This document shows positions 49,038 to 59,419 of a stretch of 64,000 nucleotides of DNA, one piece after another. Numbering within the stretch: position 1 is the stretch's first letter; every line of letters begins with the position of its first letter. The notes beneath the pieces were generated by a model. It was not told the DNA's origin and did no database searches. It saw only the letters and a list, made by a program, of their open reading frames with translations. Made by a program: the position numbers and the translations under genes. The stretch is from an uncultured delta proteobacterium (GTDB lineage: Bacteria; Myxococcota_A; UBA9160; SZUA-336), in assembly GCA_963704165.1 (NCBI GenBank), contig CAVPHD010000001.1, positions 352,001 to 416,000 on the forward strand. Direction: 5' to 3'.

Positions 49038-49661
49038 ATGAAGATCCCGCACGCGCAATGGCGACCGCATCCGTGGCACGGACTCGAGGTCGGCGAGGAT
49101 CCGCCGTCGCTCGTCTGCGCATACATCGAGATCACACCGTTCGATCTGGTGAAGTACGAGGTCGACAAGCAGACCGGCTACCTGCGCGTCGATCGCCCGC
49201 AGCGGACATCCGCGTCGCCGCCGACGCTGTACGGATTCATCCCGCGCACGTACTGCGGGTCGCGCGTCGCTTCGCTCTCTCCGGGCTCGAAGCGTGGAGA
49301 CGGCGACCCGCTCGACATCTGCGTCTTGAGCGAGCGGCCGATCGCGAAGTCCGAGGTGATCCTTTCGGCGCGCGTGGTCGGGGGATTTCGCATGGTCGAC
49401 GCGGGGGACGCCGACGACAAGATCATCGGCGTGCTGCGCAGTGATTCGATCTGGGGTGAGGCGACCAAGCTCGCCGATCTCCCGCACGCTCTGGTCGAAC
49501 GACTGCGTCACTACTTCCTGACCTACAAGCTCGTACCCGGTGAGCCCGCGCGAGTTTCGATCGACGAGGTCTACGACGCGGATCACGCGCACCGTGTCGT
49601 CGAAGCCGCGATCGAGGATTACGTCACCGGGTTCGGCTCGTCTGTGAGAGAATCGGGCTGA
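49038..49661 (+). CDS. ppa: Family I inorganic pyrophosphatase
   Basis: [31 protein letters not shown] and YFLTYK. Confidence 0.93.
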   Translation: MKIPHAQWRPHPWHGLEVGEDPPSLVCAYIEITPFDLVKYEVDKQTGYLRVDRPQRTSASPPTLYGFIPRTYCGSRVASLSPGSKRGDGDPLDICVLSERPIAKSEVILSARVVGGFRMVDAGDADDKIIGVLRSDSIWGEATKLADLPHALVERLRHYFLTYKLVPGEPARVSIDEVYDADHAHRVVEAAIEDYVTGFGSSVRESG

Positions 49662-49685
49662 CGAGCACCACACGGGAGTCTTCCC

Positions 49686-50078
49686 ATGAGCATGGTTTCG
49701 GAATTCCAGGCCTTCATCCGGCGCGGCAACGTGATGGATCTGGCCGTCGGCGTGATCATCGGCGGGGCCTTCGGGAAGATCGTCTCTTCGGTCGTGGGCG
49801 ATCTCTTGATGCCCGTGATCGGAGTCGTGCTCGGCGGCGTCGACTTCACCGGCCTCTCGCTGATGATCGCGGGAACCGACGACGCCCCCGTTCTACTCAA
49901 GTACGGCGCGTTCGTTCAGGCCGTCATCGACTTCGTGATCATCGCGTTCTGCGTCTTCCTGCTGGTGAAGGGCGTGAACGCGATTCAGGCACCCCCCGCG
50001 AAGGCGGCACCGGCCGCGCCGCCCGCGGACGTCGTGCTCCTCACGGAGATCCGCGACCTGCTCCGGGCGCGCGGCTAG
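49686..50078 (+). CDS. mscL: Large-conductance mechanosensitive channel
   Basis: [23 protein letters not shown] and LLTEIRDLL. Confidence 0.97.
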   Translation: MSMVSEFQAFIRRGNVMDLAVGVIIGGAFGKIVSSVVGDLLMPVIGVVLGGVDFTGLSLMIAGTDDAPVLLKYGAFVQAVIDFVIIAFCVFLLVKGVNAIQAPPAKAAPAAPPADVVLLTEIRDLLRARG

Positions 50079-52265
50079 CTTCGCTCTTCGCCGCGCCCTG
50101 CTCTTCCGCGCGCAGCTTCGCCTGCTCGCGAAGCAGGTAGGCCTGGATCGACGCGACCTCCGATTCGCCGAGGACGTCGGCGAAGCTCGCCATGCCGAGA
50201 CTCGCGAGCGTGCCGCCTCGGACGATCGCGTCGAAGGCCGCGTGGGAATCCGCCGACAGCCGGAACAGATCGGGATAGGAAGAGAGCTGCGACTCGCCGC
50301 GCCCACCGTGACAACGCGCGCAGTGCCGGAAGAACGGTCTCTCGCCGCGACCGGCCAGCGTGACTTCGTCGTCCGATGAGTTCCCTCGGCTCGGGCGTCG
50401 TTCCGATCTCGCGTGGCGCCGGCAGGGGCGTGCGCCGGGCCGCCGAGCTTGAATGCGAGGATCCTTCCGTAGTTCTGGTAGGTCTGCGCTGCGCTCTCGC
50501 GTGGATGGATCATCGCCATCGCGCCACCGAGCCCGGCGATCAACGCGACGTACTGCTCACCGTCGATCTCGTAGCTGACCGGTGCGGCCATGATCGCCGT
50601 TCCGACTTCGATCTCGGCGAGCCGCGTCCCCGTGTCCGCGCGGTACAGAACGAGTCGTCCCGACGACGTTCCCTGTACGACCAACCCACCCGCGGTCGCG
50701 AGCACGCCTCCTCCCGCGTACTCCTCGTTTCCGACCGCGACTCGAAATCGCTCGCGTTGCGCGACGGGATCCCAGGCGATCAGGAACTCGCGCGTCGCGA
50801 TCGGCGGCAGATCCGGGCGCGAGCGCAGGAGTGCGTCGAGCTTCGCGCGCTGGGACTCCGCCATTCGGTCGACGGCGGCGCCGAAGACCGTGAACGACCC
50901 CGTGTTGATCTCGCCCGGCGCGAAGCGATGAAACGGGTCGTTGACCATCAACATGCCCTGCTCACGCGCGGGGATGTACACGAGCCCGGTCGCCGGACTG
51001 AATGCCATCGGCTGCCAGTTGTGCGCCCCCGCCTGGCTGGGAAAGACGATCGCCGCGTCGTTTCGGTAGGAAGCGCTCGGGTTCGCGAGTGGCCGCCCGC
51101 TCGCGTCGATCCCGCTCGCCCAGTTCACGAACACGAATGGCTTTGCGGAGACGAACTCGCCGGTCTCGCGATCGAGCACGTAGAAGAAGCCGTTCTTCGG
51201 CGCCTGCATGATCACCTTGCGCGCGCGTCCGTCGATCTCGAGATCGGCGAGGATCATGTTCTGCGTCGCGGTGTAGTCCCAGATCTCGCCCGGAGTCGTC
51301 TGGTAGTGCCAGACCAGGCGCCCGTCGTCGGGATCGAGCGCGAGGATCGAGGCGAGATACAGATTGTCGCCGCCCGACGGGCTGCGGAACCAGATCGGAT
51401 ACGGCGAGCTGTTGCCGGTGCCGACGTAGAGCAGGTCGAGCTCGGGGTCGTAGTTCATCTCGCCCCAGACGGTTCCGCCGAGCCCGGCTTTCCAGATCGA
51501 GTTCGGATCCCAGGTGTCGAGCGCGGTGGCGATCTCGGGATGCTCGGGCGGTCCGCGCGCCGGATCACCGGGCACGGTGAAGAAACGCCAGACCTGCTCG
51601 CCGTCGTCGAGGTCGTAGGCGGTGACGTACCCGCGCACGCCGAAGTCGGCTCCGCTGTTTCCGATCACGACGACGTTCTTCGCGACCTGCGGTGGCCCGG
51701 TGATCGTGTAGGAACGCGAGTCCCGATCGACGAGCGTGTCGACCTTCCAGATCTCCCCACCCGTCCGCGCATCGAGCGCGACCAGGAAGCCGTCGAGCGT
51801 GCCGACGTAGACCCGTCCGCGCCAGACCGCGACGCCGCGGTTCACGACGTCGCAGCACGCGCGGCGGGCGTAGCTGCCGTCGACGTCGGGGTCGTAGCGC
51901 CAGCGCTCCGCGCCGGTCTTCGCGTCGACCGCGAAGACGGATCCCCACGGTCCCGAGGCGTAGAGCACACCGTCGACGACGATCGGCGTCGCCTCCTGGC
52001 CGTGCTCGACGCGCCCGCGGCGCGAGCGCGCCTCGTACTCCCAGGCGAAGCCGAGCTTCCGCGCGTTCTCGGTGTCGAGCTGCGTGAGCCGCGAGAAACG
52101 ATCGGCGCGGAAGTTCCCGCCGAGCGCGAGCCACTGTCCGGGCTCGTTCGCAGCATTGCGCAGCCGTTCGAGATCGACGCGGCCTTCGCTCGGCGTCGGG
52201 TCGGAGCAGGCGGCGAGCGAGAGCGACAGGACGAGCGCGAAGCGAGCCCGACCCCGGGCTTTCAC
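50041..52265 (-). CDS. PQQ-dependent quinohemoprotein alcohol dehydrogenase (type II, lipoprotein), frameshifts about 50340-50440
   Basis: GTG at 52265, lipobox LAAC, vicinal CC in [24 protein letters not shown]. The C-terminal cytochrome c motif CARCH (50308-50322) and YPDL...GMASF lie in a shifted frame that ends at 50041. Confidence 0.9.
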
Positions 52266-52999
52266 GCCTTCCTTCGCGCGACCAGGATCGGGCTCGTCGA
52301 CCAGCGGGCCGTGACTTCCGACGCGCTCGCGAGCCGGTCGGCCCACCGATACAGCGCACCCGGAAGCTCCACCTTGGGCAGGCGGAACGCACCGACCGGG
52401 AAGACGTGGACGATCTCGAGTCCGACCTCGGCCACGAGCGCGCGGCACTGCTCGATCGAGAGCACGTTGAAGGCGTCGTACCCGCGAAATCCCGCATACG
52501 CGCGAGCCACTCGCATGTACGGCGCGTCGATGTTCTGGTGGTTGTTGAAGATGAAGGCTCCGCCGGGCGCGAGGAGCGGCACGAGCGCGCGCACGACCGC
52601 TCGGCGCAGCGCGGGCTCTGCGTTCACGAAGAAGCGGAAGGCCGTGATCAGGTCGAAGCTCTCCCGCTCGAACGGGCTCTCCTCGAGCAGGTTCACCTTG
52701 TGCAAGGTGGTGCGCTGGAGCTTGCGTCGAGCCTCGCCGAGCATCGCCTCGGAAACATCGACGCCCGTGCACGACGCGACGCGTGTTTCGAGGAAGCTGG
52801 AGATCCGGCCCGTTCCGCACGCGAAGTCGAGCGCGCGCACGTCGCTTCGCTGGCCGAAGAACATATCGAGCGCCTGACCGAGGACTTCCTGCTCGCGCGA
52901 CCACAGGTATCGTGCCCACGGATCGGAGCCGTAGTACTCGTCGTACTGTCGGCCCTTCCCGGAGGCCTTGTGGGAATCAACGTAGCTCGAATCACTCAT
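52262..52999 (-). CDS. Class I SAM-dependent methyltransferase
   Basis: LDFACGTGR, GVDVS and FDLITAFRFF. Confidence 0.9.
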   Translation of the reverse strand: MSDSSYVDSHKASGKGRQYDEYYGSDPWARYLWSREQEVLGQALDMFFGQRSDVRALDFACGTGRISSFLETRVASCTGVDVSEAMLGEARRKLQRTTLHKVNLLEESPFERESFDLITAFRFFVNAEPALRRAVVRALVPLLAPGGAFIFNNHQNIDAPYMRVARAYAGFRGYDAFNVLSIEQCRALVAEVGLEIVHVFPVGAFRLPKVELPGALYRWADRLASASEVTARWSTSPILVARRKA

Positions 53000-53002
53000 C
53001 GC

Positions 53003-54573
53003 TCATCCTGTCCTGGCGCCGACCAGATTCGACCACTTCCCCCGGGCGAGATTCGCAAGACGTGTTCGCTCCGTCTCGCCGAGTCCGAGTCTCCATGCCG
53101 AAAGAGCTGTGGTGCCCGCGACGACCGCGACCAGCGCGAGCAGCCCGGTCCAACCTCGCGGTGGCATCGCCACTTTACACGCGATCAGCAGCGCGACGCC
53201 GGGCGCTGCGCCGAGGCAGGCCGGCCGCCAGACGAGCCGCAGACTCTCCGCCCCGTCGATCCCGAGCTTCTTGTGCACATGACGGGGCAGAAAGATGCCG
53301 CAGCCCACGACGAGCGGGATCGCGCTGGCGAGCGCCGATGCCCAGAAGTCCGAGATCCAGGATCACGAGGCTCGAGCCAGCCGAGTGAGACGGTGCCGAC
53401 GGCCATGAACAGCACCAGCAGGCCGAAGTAGCGGTGCTCGCCCATTCCGACCAGCACGAAGAAGCTCGAATGCTGCGAGAGCCGAGCCGCGTGACCGAGC
53501 GCGACGATCGCGAGCACGGTCGGGAGCAGCGCGTACTCCTTCTGCGTCCAGATCAGCAGGAATTCGCGGCCCATGATCAGGAGGAACGCGGCGGCGGGCA
53601 GGATCAGGAAGAGCGAGTACTTCTGGGCGAGTAGCATCAGCTCCTTCAGCCGCGCGTGATCCGCGTGGGTGTCGAGATCGCTCGCCGCGGGCTTGATCGC
53701 GGCGCAGAACGCCTCGACCACCGTCGTCAGGGTGAGCACCGACGCGGTGACGATCGCGTACTGCGCGACTTCGCCCGCGCTCCGGAACATCCCGATCATC
53801 ACCTCGCCCGCCTTCAGCAGGAGCAGCGCGCCAAGGACGTAGTTGAAGGTGTTGAAGCCGTAGCCGAGCATCTCGCGCAGCAGACCGCGGTCGAGCGCGC
53901 GAAGCGAGAACGGGCGCGCCGGCAGGAGCCGCAGGCAGAACACGAGATTGATCGCGTTCATCACCAGCTCGCTCACGCCGTAGATCAACGCGACGGTGAC
54001 GAGTCCGAATCCCGACATCACGAGCCACACGAGCACGCCGGTGCGAACGAGCGTGACCGCGAGCCGGCTTCCCGCCATCAAGTCGTAGCGCTGGTAGCCG
54101 CTCAGGATCGCGCCGGTCGCGCTCGTGAGCGAGGCGATCGCCGCGGACCCGCCGACCACGAGCACGCAGAGCCGCGCGTCGGCGACGAGCTCGGGCGGGA
54201 TCTGGAAGATCTGCGTCAGCCACTGATGCAGCACGAGCGTGAGCGCGATCAGGACGAGAGCCACGAGCGACAGGAACGCCGTGCAGGTGCTCACGACCGA
54301 GCGCAGCCCCTCGGAGTCGCCGGTGGCGAGCCGCACCGGAACGAAGCGGTTGATGGCGCTCGCGAGCCCGAGCTGAAAGACCACCGAATACGCGAACACC
54401 GACCCGACCAATGCCCACACTCCGTAGACGGATTCGCCGAGACGATGGAGCAGGAATGGGACGAGCAGGAACGCGATGACCGAGCCGAACAGACTGGCCG
54501 CGGCATTCCAGAGCACGTTGGTCACCACCAACGACGCGTCGGTCCGGCGGGCCGGTGCCCCAATGGCGGTCAT
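53003..54573 (-). CDS. Wzx-like polysaccharide flippase, frameshifts about 53320-53370
   Basis: LGESVYGVW and LGLASAINRF with many TM helices. The C-terminal TMs continue in the 53003..53308 frame. Confidence 0.85.
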
Positions 54574-54703
54574 TTCGGATTCCGCATGGCTTTGGTCCTA
54601 TCGGCACGGCGATGCCTTCGCCGCTGCCTGGAAGCCGCATCTGGCTCGGGTATCGTCAGCCATCCGCAGCTGAGCTGCCATCCGTGAGGAGCCGTCCCTG
54701 AGA

Positions 54704-55798
54704 GTGCTGATCTGCGGCGAGGTACTGCAACTCGGCGGCGCGGAGACCGTGTCGATCGATCTCGCCAACGCGCTCGCGAGACGCGGTGTCGAGGTCGCCT
54801 ATAGCGCCGCGCCGGGGCCGCTCGAGGCGCGTCTCGATGCGGCGGTCCGCTTCGAACCAACGCCGAGGCTCGAGCGCTCGGCGTTCCCGAGCTTCCTGCG
54901 CGGGCTCGCTCGGGTGCTGCGCTCGTTCGACCCGGACGTGGTGCACGTGCAAGGCGCAACGCTCGCGCTCTCCGCGCGCATGCTGTCGAGGATCGGTCGG
55001 CGCCGCTTCTCCGTGGTGCTGACGCACCACTCCACCAGCTATCGCCGCGCACCCGCGTGGCTCTCCGGACCCCTGCTTCGCGCCGCGTGCGACCACATGA
55101 TCGCGATCAGCACCCTGAAGCACCGCCAGTTCCTGCAGATGGGCTTCGCCGAGTCGCGCGTCTCGCTGATTCCGAACTTCGTCGACTGCGCCGCGATACG
55201 CGAAGCCGCGAGTCACGCGGACCGGCAACGACTTCGAAGCGAGCTCGGCATCTCCGATGCGGAGAAGGTCGTGGTGATGGCCGGCCGGATGATCCCGGGA
55301 AAGGGCTTCGACGTGTTCCTGCGCTCGGTCGCGCGCTGCGCGACGCGCATGAATCGTCCGCTCGTCGCGCTCGCGCTCGGAGACGGACCGGAGCGCGAGG
55401 GTCTCGAGAGCCTGGCCAGGTCCCTGTCCGGACCGGCGCGCTTCGTCCTGCCCGGCTATCGCCGCGACGTGACCGCGCTCCTCTCGCTCTGCGACGCAGT
55501 TCTGTTTCCCTCGATGCTGACGGAGGTCCTGCCGATGGCGCTGATCGAGGCCGCCGCGGTCGGGGTCCCGATCGTCTGCTCCGACATCCCCGGAAACCGC
55601 GAGGTCGTGGAGAACGGCGTGAACGGCGTGCTCGCGGGTCCGTCCGACGAGAGCTACGCAGACGCGCTCGAACGCGTGCTCGCTGACGAGGCGCTCGCCC
55701 GGGACATGGCGAGCGCCGGGCGGCGGTCCGCGCTCGAGAAATTCGACGAGCAGGCCGTCGTTCCCAGGGTCATCTCGCTCTACGCGACGCTCGCCTGA
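54704..55798 (+). CDS. GT4 glycosyltransferase
   Basis: GGAET, GRMIPGKG, and the EX7E motif EVLPMALIE. Confidence 0.93.
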   Translation: MLICGEVLQLGGAETVSIDLANALARRGVEVAYSAAPGPLEARLDAAVRFEPTPRLERSAFPSFLRGLARVLRSFDPDVVHVQGATLALSARMLSRIGRRRFSVVLTHHSTSYRRAPAWLSGPLLRAACDHMIAISTLKHRQFLQMGFAESRVSLIPNFVDCAAIREAASHADRQRLRSELGISDAEKVVVMAGRMIPGKGFDVFLRSVARCATRMNRPLVALALGDGPEREGLESLARSLSGPARFVLPGYRRDVTALLSLCDAVLFPSMLTEVLPMALIEAAAVGVPIVCSDIPGNREVVENGVNGVLAGPSDESYADALERVLADEALARDMASAGRRSALEKFDEQAVVPRVISLYATLA

Positions 55799-55819
55799 GG
55801 CCACGCGTACAATGCGCGC

Positions 55820-56719
55820 ATGAACGCCAGACTCGATTGGTTCGGCTGCGCGACCTTCCGGCTCTCGGTGGGTGGGCTCGTGATCTTCCTCGATGCATAC
55901 CTCGATCGCGTGCCCGCGGCGAAGCCGACCGGACTGCTTCCCGATCAGGTCGAGCGCGCGGACTGGATCGTCGTCGGCCACTCGCACTTCGACCATCTCT
56001 ACGGCGCGGAGCGAATCGCCCGAAGAACCGGCGCGCGGATCCTGGGCTCGCACGAGACGGTGCGCGTCATGGAGGCGCAGGGCATTCCGGTCGATCGCAT
56101 GATCCCGGTCGCGGGCGGTGAGCGCATCCGCCTCTCCGACGACGTGACCGTGGACGTCTACCCGAGCCAACACTCCTGTGTGTGGTCGAAGACGGCAATG
56201 GCGCCCGCGGACGAGGTCTGCATCGGCGAGCTTGGCCTGACCTTGCAGGAGCAGCAGGAGCGCTTCCGCGAACTCGCCGCGCACTTCGGCACGCTCGGCC
56301 CGGACGTGATGGCTCACCTGATGGCGAGCGCGCAGGGACCGCGCGGCGACGGCGGCGCGCTCGTCTTTCATTTCGAGACACCCGAAGGCTCGCTCTTCTA
56401 TCAGGACACCTCGGGTCACTGGAGCGGGATCCTGCGCGACCTTCGTCCGGACGTGGCGATCCTCGCCGCCGCGGGGCGCGGAAACGTGGACGGTGAGCCG
56501 ATCCAGGGATCGCTCGCGACCTTCGTCGCCAAGCAGGTCGATCTGCTCCGCCCGCGCCGCGTGATCCTCGGTCATCACGACGACTGGCTTCCCGGCTTTT
56601 CGCTCGCGATCGACACGAAGCCGATCCGCGACGAGATCGCGCGCGTGCGCCCGGGCACCGAGCTCGTCGAGACCGGCTACGGGGCCGGCCTCGAGCTCTT
56701 CCGCGGACTGCGGAGCTAG
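55820..56719 (+). CDS. MBL-fold metallo-hydrolase (UlaG-like)
   Basis: HSHFDH, QHS and GHHDD. Confidence 0.88.
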   Translation: MNARLDWFGCATFRLSVGGLVIFLDAYLDRVPAAKPTGLLPDQVERADWIVVGHSHFDHLYGAERIARRTGARILGSHETVRVMEAQGIPVDRMIPVAGGERIRLSDDVTVDVYPSQHSCVWSKTAMAPADEVCIGELGLTLQEQQERFRELAAHFGTLGPDVMAHLMASAQGPRGDGGALVFHFETPEGSLFYQDTSGHWSGILRDLRPDVAILAAAGRGNVDGEPIQGSLATFVAKQVDLLRPRRVILGHHDDWLPGFSLAIDTKPIRDEIARVRPGTELVETGYGAGLELFRGLRS

Positions 56720-58100
56720 CTGGCGTAGGTCGCGGGATCGAGCGCGAAGGCGAGCGCGTCGGTCGCGTCGCCGGACGCGCGGCGCGAGGTGTTCTTGCGC
56801 GCGACGTCGCGGTACAGACGAAGCGCTTCGCGCGCGCCGAGGTCGCGGGTGTCGCGGCCGAGGTGTTCGAGAAGAAGCTCGCGCCGGAGCGCGTGCACCG
56901 TGGGACCGTGCCAGAACGACGCGTTCAGCTCCGTGTCGCCGAAGAACGAGCGGTTCCCGATGTTGGCCGAGCCGATCGTGCACCAGGCGTCGTCGACCAG
57001 CGCGATCTTCGCGTGCACGTACACGTTCTGGTACGCGCCCGGTCCGGTGCACGACGCGATCCCGGCGAGCGTGAAGTTCTCGAACCGGCCGAGGGCGGCA
57101 AGCGAGTCGAAGAAGGGCTGGCTGGACGGATCGCGCCGTCCCGCGGCCATCTCGTCGTTCGGATCGGCGGGAACGAGAAAGGCGACCTCGACGCCGCGCT
57201 CGAGCGCCACTCGCAACGCGTCCACGATCTGCTGCGCGCCGATCGCCTGATCCTCGATGTAGATCGCGTCGCGCGCGCCCGCGATCGCGCGCAGGTACTG
57301 GTCGAGGATCGAGTGCTCGCCGTCGCCGATCGGGAACTCGACCCCACCCGGCGAGGCGGTGCGATCGCTGTAGCGCTCGCGCCGGACCGTGCGCTGGATC
57401 TGCACGGGCACCTCTCCTGCGACGGGCGAGAGCGTCCTCGGGAACTCGAGCGGGCTCTGACTCCGCGCATCGGGCCAGAGTCCGTCGGCGAGGTCGCGGT
57501 CGCTCGCCTCGTTCCAGCGCTGCACGAAGTTGTGGTGCACGTCCGTCGCCGACGGCCCGCGCACCTCGACGTACACGTCGTGCGTGCTGCCGGACTCGCG
57601 CGGCGCGTGCCCCGGCGCGATCACCGAGCCGTTGTTCAGGTTGATCCCGCCGACGAACGCGACCTCGCCCAGTGTGCCCGCATCGATCGAGCCAGCTCTT
57701 CTGGTGCTGGCAGTAGCGTCCGTGCGCCCGGTCCCAGCGCGCGAGGAACTTCGAGCCGCGGCGCGCGAGAAACTCGCGATCGTCGTCGGTGCCGGCGAAG
57801 TGCGAGCCGGGATCGAGCTTCGCGAGCTCCGGGTGGCGCCAGAAGATCACGCGAACATCGACGCCGCGGGCCTTCGCGCGATCGAGCACGTCGAAGAAGC
57901 TGCCGTGCCCGTCCGGCATCTCGAACTCCATGTCGTGGAAGGCGACCGTCACCCATACGCTCTTGCGCGCCGCCTCCACCGCCTCGACAGATCCGCGCGA
58001 ACGCCGGCCCGCCATCGACGAGCGGCCGAACCGCGTTGCCACCGCGGATCGGATACGGGCCCGAGGTCACGAACGGAATGTGGTCACCGTGGCGCTGCAT
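56716..58100 (-). CDS. Phospholipase D/cardiolipin synthase-like, two HKD motifs, frameshifts near 57988 and 57688
   Basis: GGGAGG RBS before ATG 58100. HQKSWLID...GGINL and HAKIALVD...GSAN. Confidence 0.85.
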
Positions 58101-58130
58101 GGTCGAGCCTCCCTTCGACTTCCATTCCCG

Positions 58131-58979
58131 TCACCCCTTGGCCAGGATCTTCTCGAGCGCGGGCAGTAGATGGCCGCGAAAAGCCGCAGGGTCCTCCGCC
58201 ATCGGGAAGTGCCCCAGTCCCGGCATGAACACGAACTCCGCGCCGGGGATCTCGTCGGCCAGCGCCTTCGAGGCCGCGGGCGTCGCGCTCCAGTCGTACT
58301 CACCCGAGAGCACATACACGGACGTGCGTGACGCGTCGATCTTCCCGGCCTCGCCGCGAAGATCGTGTTCCTCGCCGTAGAAGTGCAGATCGCCGCGAAA
58401 GACCCCGGGGGCGCCCTGCGCGTAGCCCCAGCCGATCTCGCGCCGGCGCGGCTCCGACGCCGTCGGGCTCGTGAGGCCGATCATCAGGTCCGCCTTCACG
58501 TCGTTGCCGATGCGCGGGTGGTCGAGGAGATCGAGTGCGCCGCCCTCGGTCCGGGAGGCCGCCTCGATCCCGATCACGGCGCGGCACAGGCCCGGCTTCC
58601 AGCGCGCGAGATCGATCGCGACGTGTCCGCCCATCGAACAGCCCATGAAGACGGGTCGCTCGAGCGCGAGCTCGCCCGCGAAGCGCTCGATGAACTCGAG
58701 AAGGAACGCGAGCGTGAGCCGGTACGGCTCGCGCCACCAGGCAACACCATCGGGTGGCAGGGATTTTCCGTGGTAGGGGAGATCCCAGGCGATCACGCGA
58801 AAGCGCTCGGTGATCCACGGATCCTCGAGCAGGTGCCGCCACTGCCGACCGTCGGAGCCCGCCGTGTGCTGCAAGAGCAACGGCACGCCCTTCCCGCACT
58901 CCTCGAAGTAGACGCGGTAGCTCCGACCCGCGACGTCGAGGTGCAGGTAGCGTCCGGTCGCGCTCTCGAAGCGCGGCAT
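58131..58979 (-). CDS. Alpha/beta hydrolase
   Basis: HTAG, DLPYHGKS, nucleophile elbow GCSMG, GHFPMAE. Confidence 0.9.
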   Translation of the reverse strand: MPRFESATGRYLHLDVAGRSYRVYFEECGKGVPLLLQHTAGSDGRQWRHLLEDPWITERFRVIAWDLPYHGKSLPPDGVAWWREPYRLTLAFLLEFIERFAGELALERPVFMGCSMGGHVAIDLARWKPGLCRAVIGIEAASRTEGGALDLLDHPRIGNDVKADLMIGLTSPTASEPRRREIGWGYAQGAPGVFRGDLHFYGEEHDLRGEAGKIDASRTSVYVLSGEYDWSATPAASKALADEIPGAEFVFMPGLGHFPMAEDPAAFRGHLLPALEKILAKG

Positions 58980-59353
58980 CAGGCGCGCGCCTCGCGCAGG
59001 ATCTCGATCACTCGCCGCAGCGCGCCGTAGTACGCGAAGAGCGTCTCGGGATCTCCGCCGAGCGACACCGGATGGTGAAGGGCCGCGCCGAACGGGTCCT
59101 GGTAGAACGGCTTCGGGACCGGCGCGAGCAGCTTCTCCCATTCCTCGGGCGCGGCGGAGAGCGCGAGGTCACGCGGCCCCGGCGCTGATTCGACAGGACC
59201 CGCAGCGACGAAGCGCCCGGCCTCGAAGCGAAGCGCGAAGCGCGTGGTTCCGACTCCGAGATGCAGCGCCCCGGTGAAGGCACGCGCGCAACGCGCGAGC
59301 TCGGGGTCCGAGGCGAACCGCGATGCGAGCCGCGTCGGATCGGGGAACGGCAT
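58979..59353 (-). CDS. Hypothetical protein, SCP2-like
   Basis: 124 aa, translationally coupled (TGATG) to the hydrolase. The pattern is reminiscent of sterol-carrier folds. Confidence 0.5.
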   Translation of the reverse strand: MPFPDPTRLASRFASDPELARCARAFTGALHLGVGTTRFALRFEAGRFVAAGPVESAPGPRDLALSAAPEEWEKLLAPVPKPFYQDPFGAALHHPVSLGGDPETLFAYYGALRRVIEILREARA

Positions 59354-59419
59354 CGACGCGATGCTACCACGCGGTGTGGCACGCGGGACTATCATCAGGT
59401 CCTCAACAGGAGGACCGCG

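Noticed and set aside
51260..51300. Possible lanthanide-dependent PQQ dehydrogenase
   Set aside because: The active-site motif is WDYT, lacking the extra Asp (D-x-D) of XoxF/PedH-type enzymes. This is consistent with a Ca-dependent enzyme.
54656..58042. Very long alternative-frame ORFs (1128 aa here; also 54..1754, 5591..8446, 11050..13335, 47757..49673, 50376..52877, 61084..62991)
   Set aside because: They are Arg/Ala-rich shadow or antisense frames of recognisable genes, expected in GC-rich DNA with few stop codons. Only the first ~100 codons of this one belong to the frameshifted PLD.
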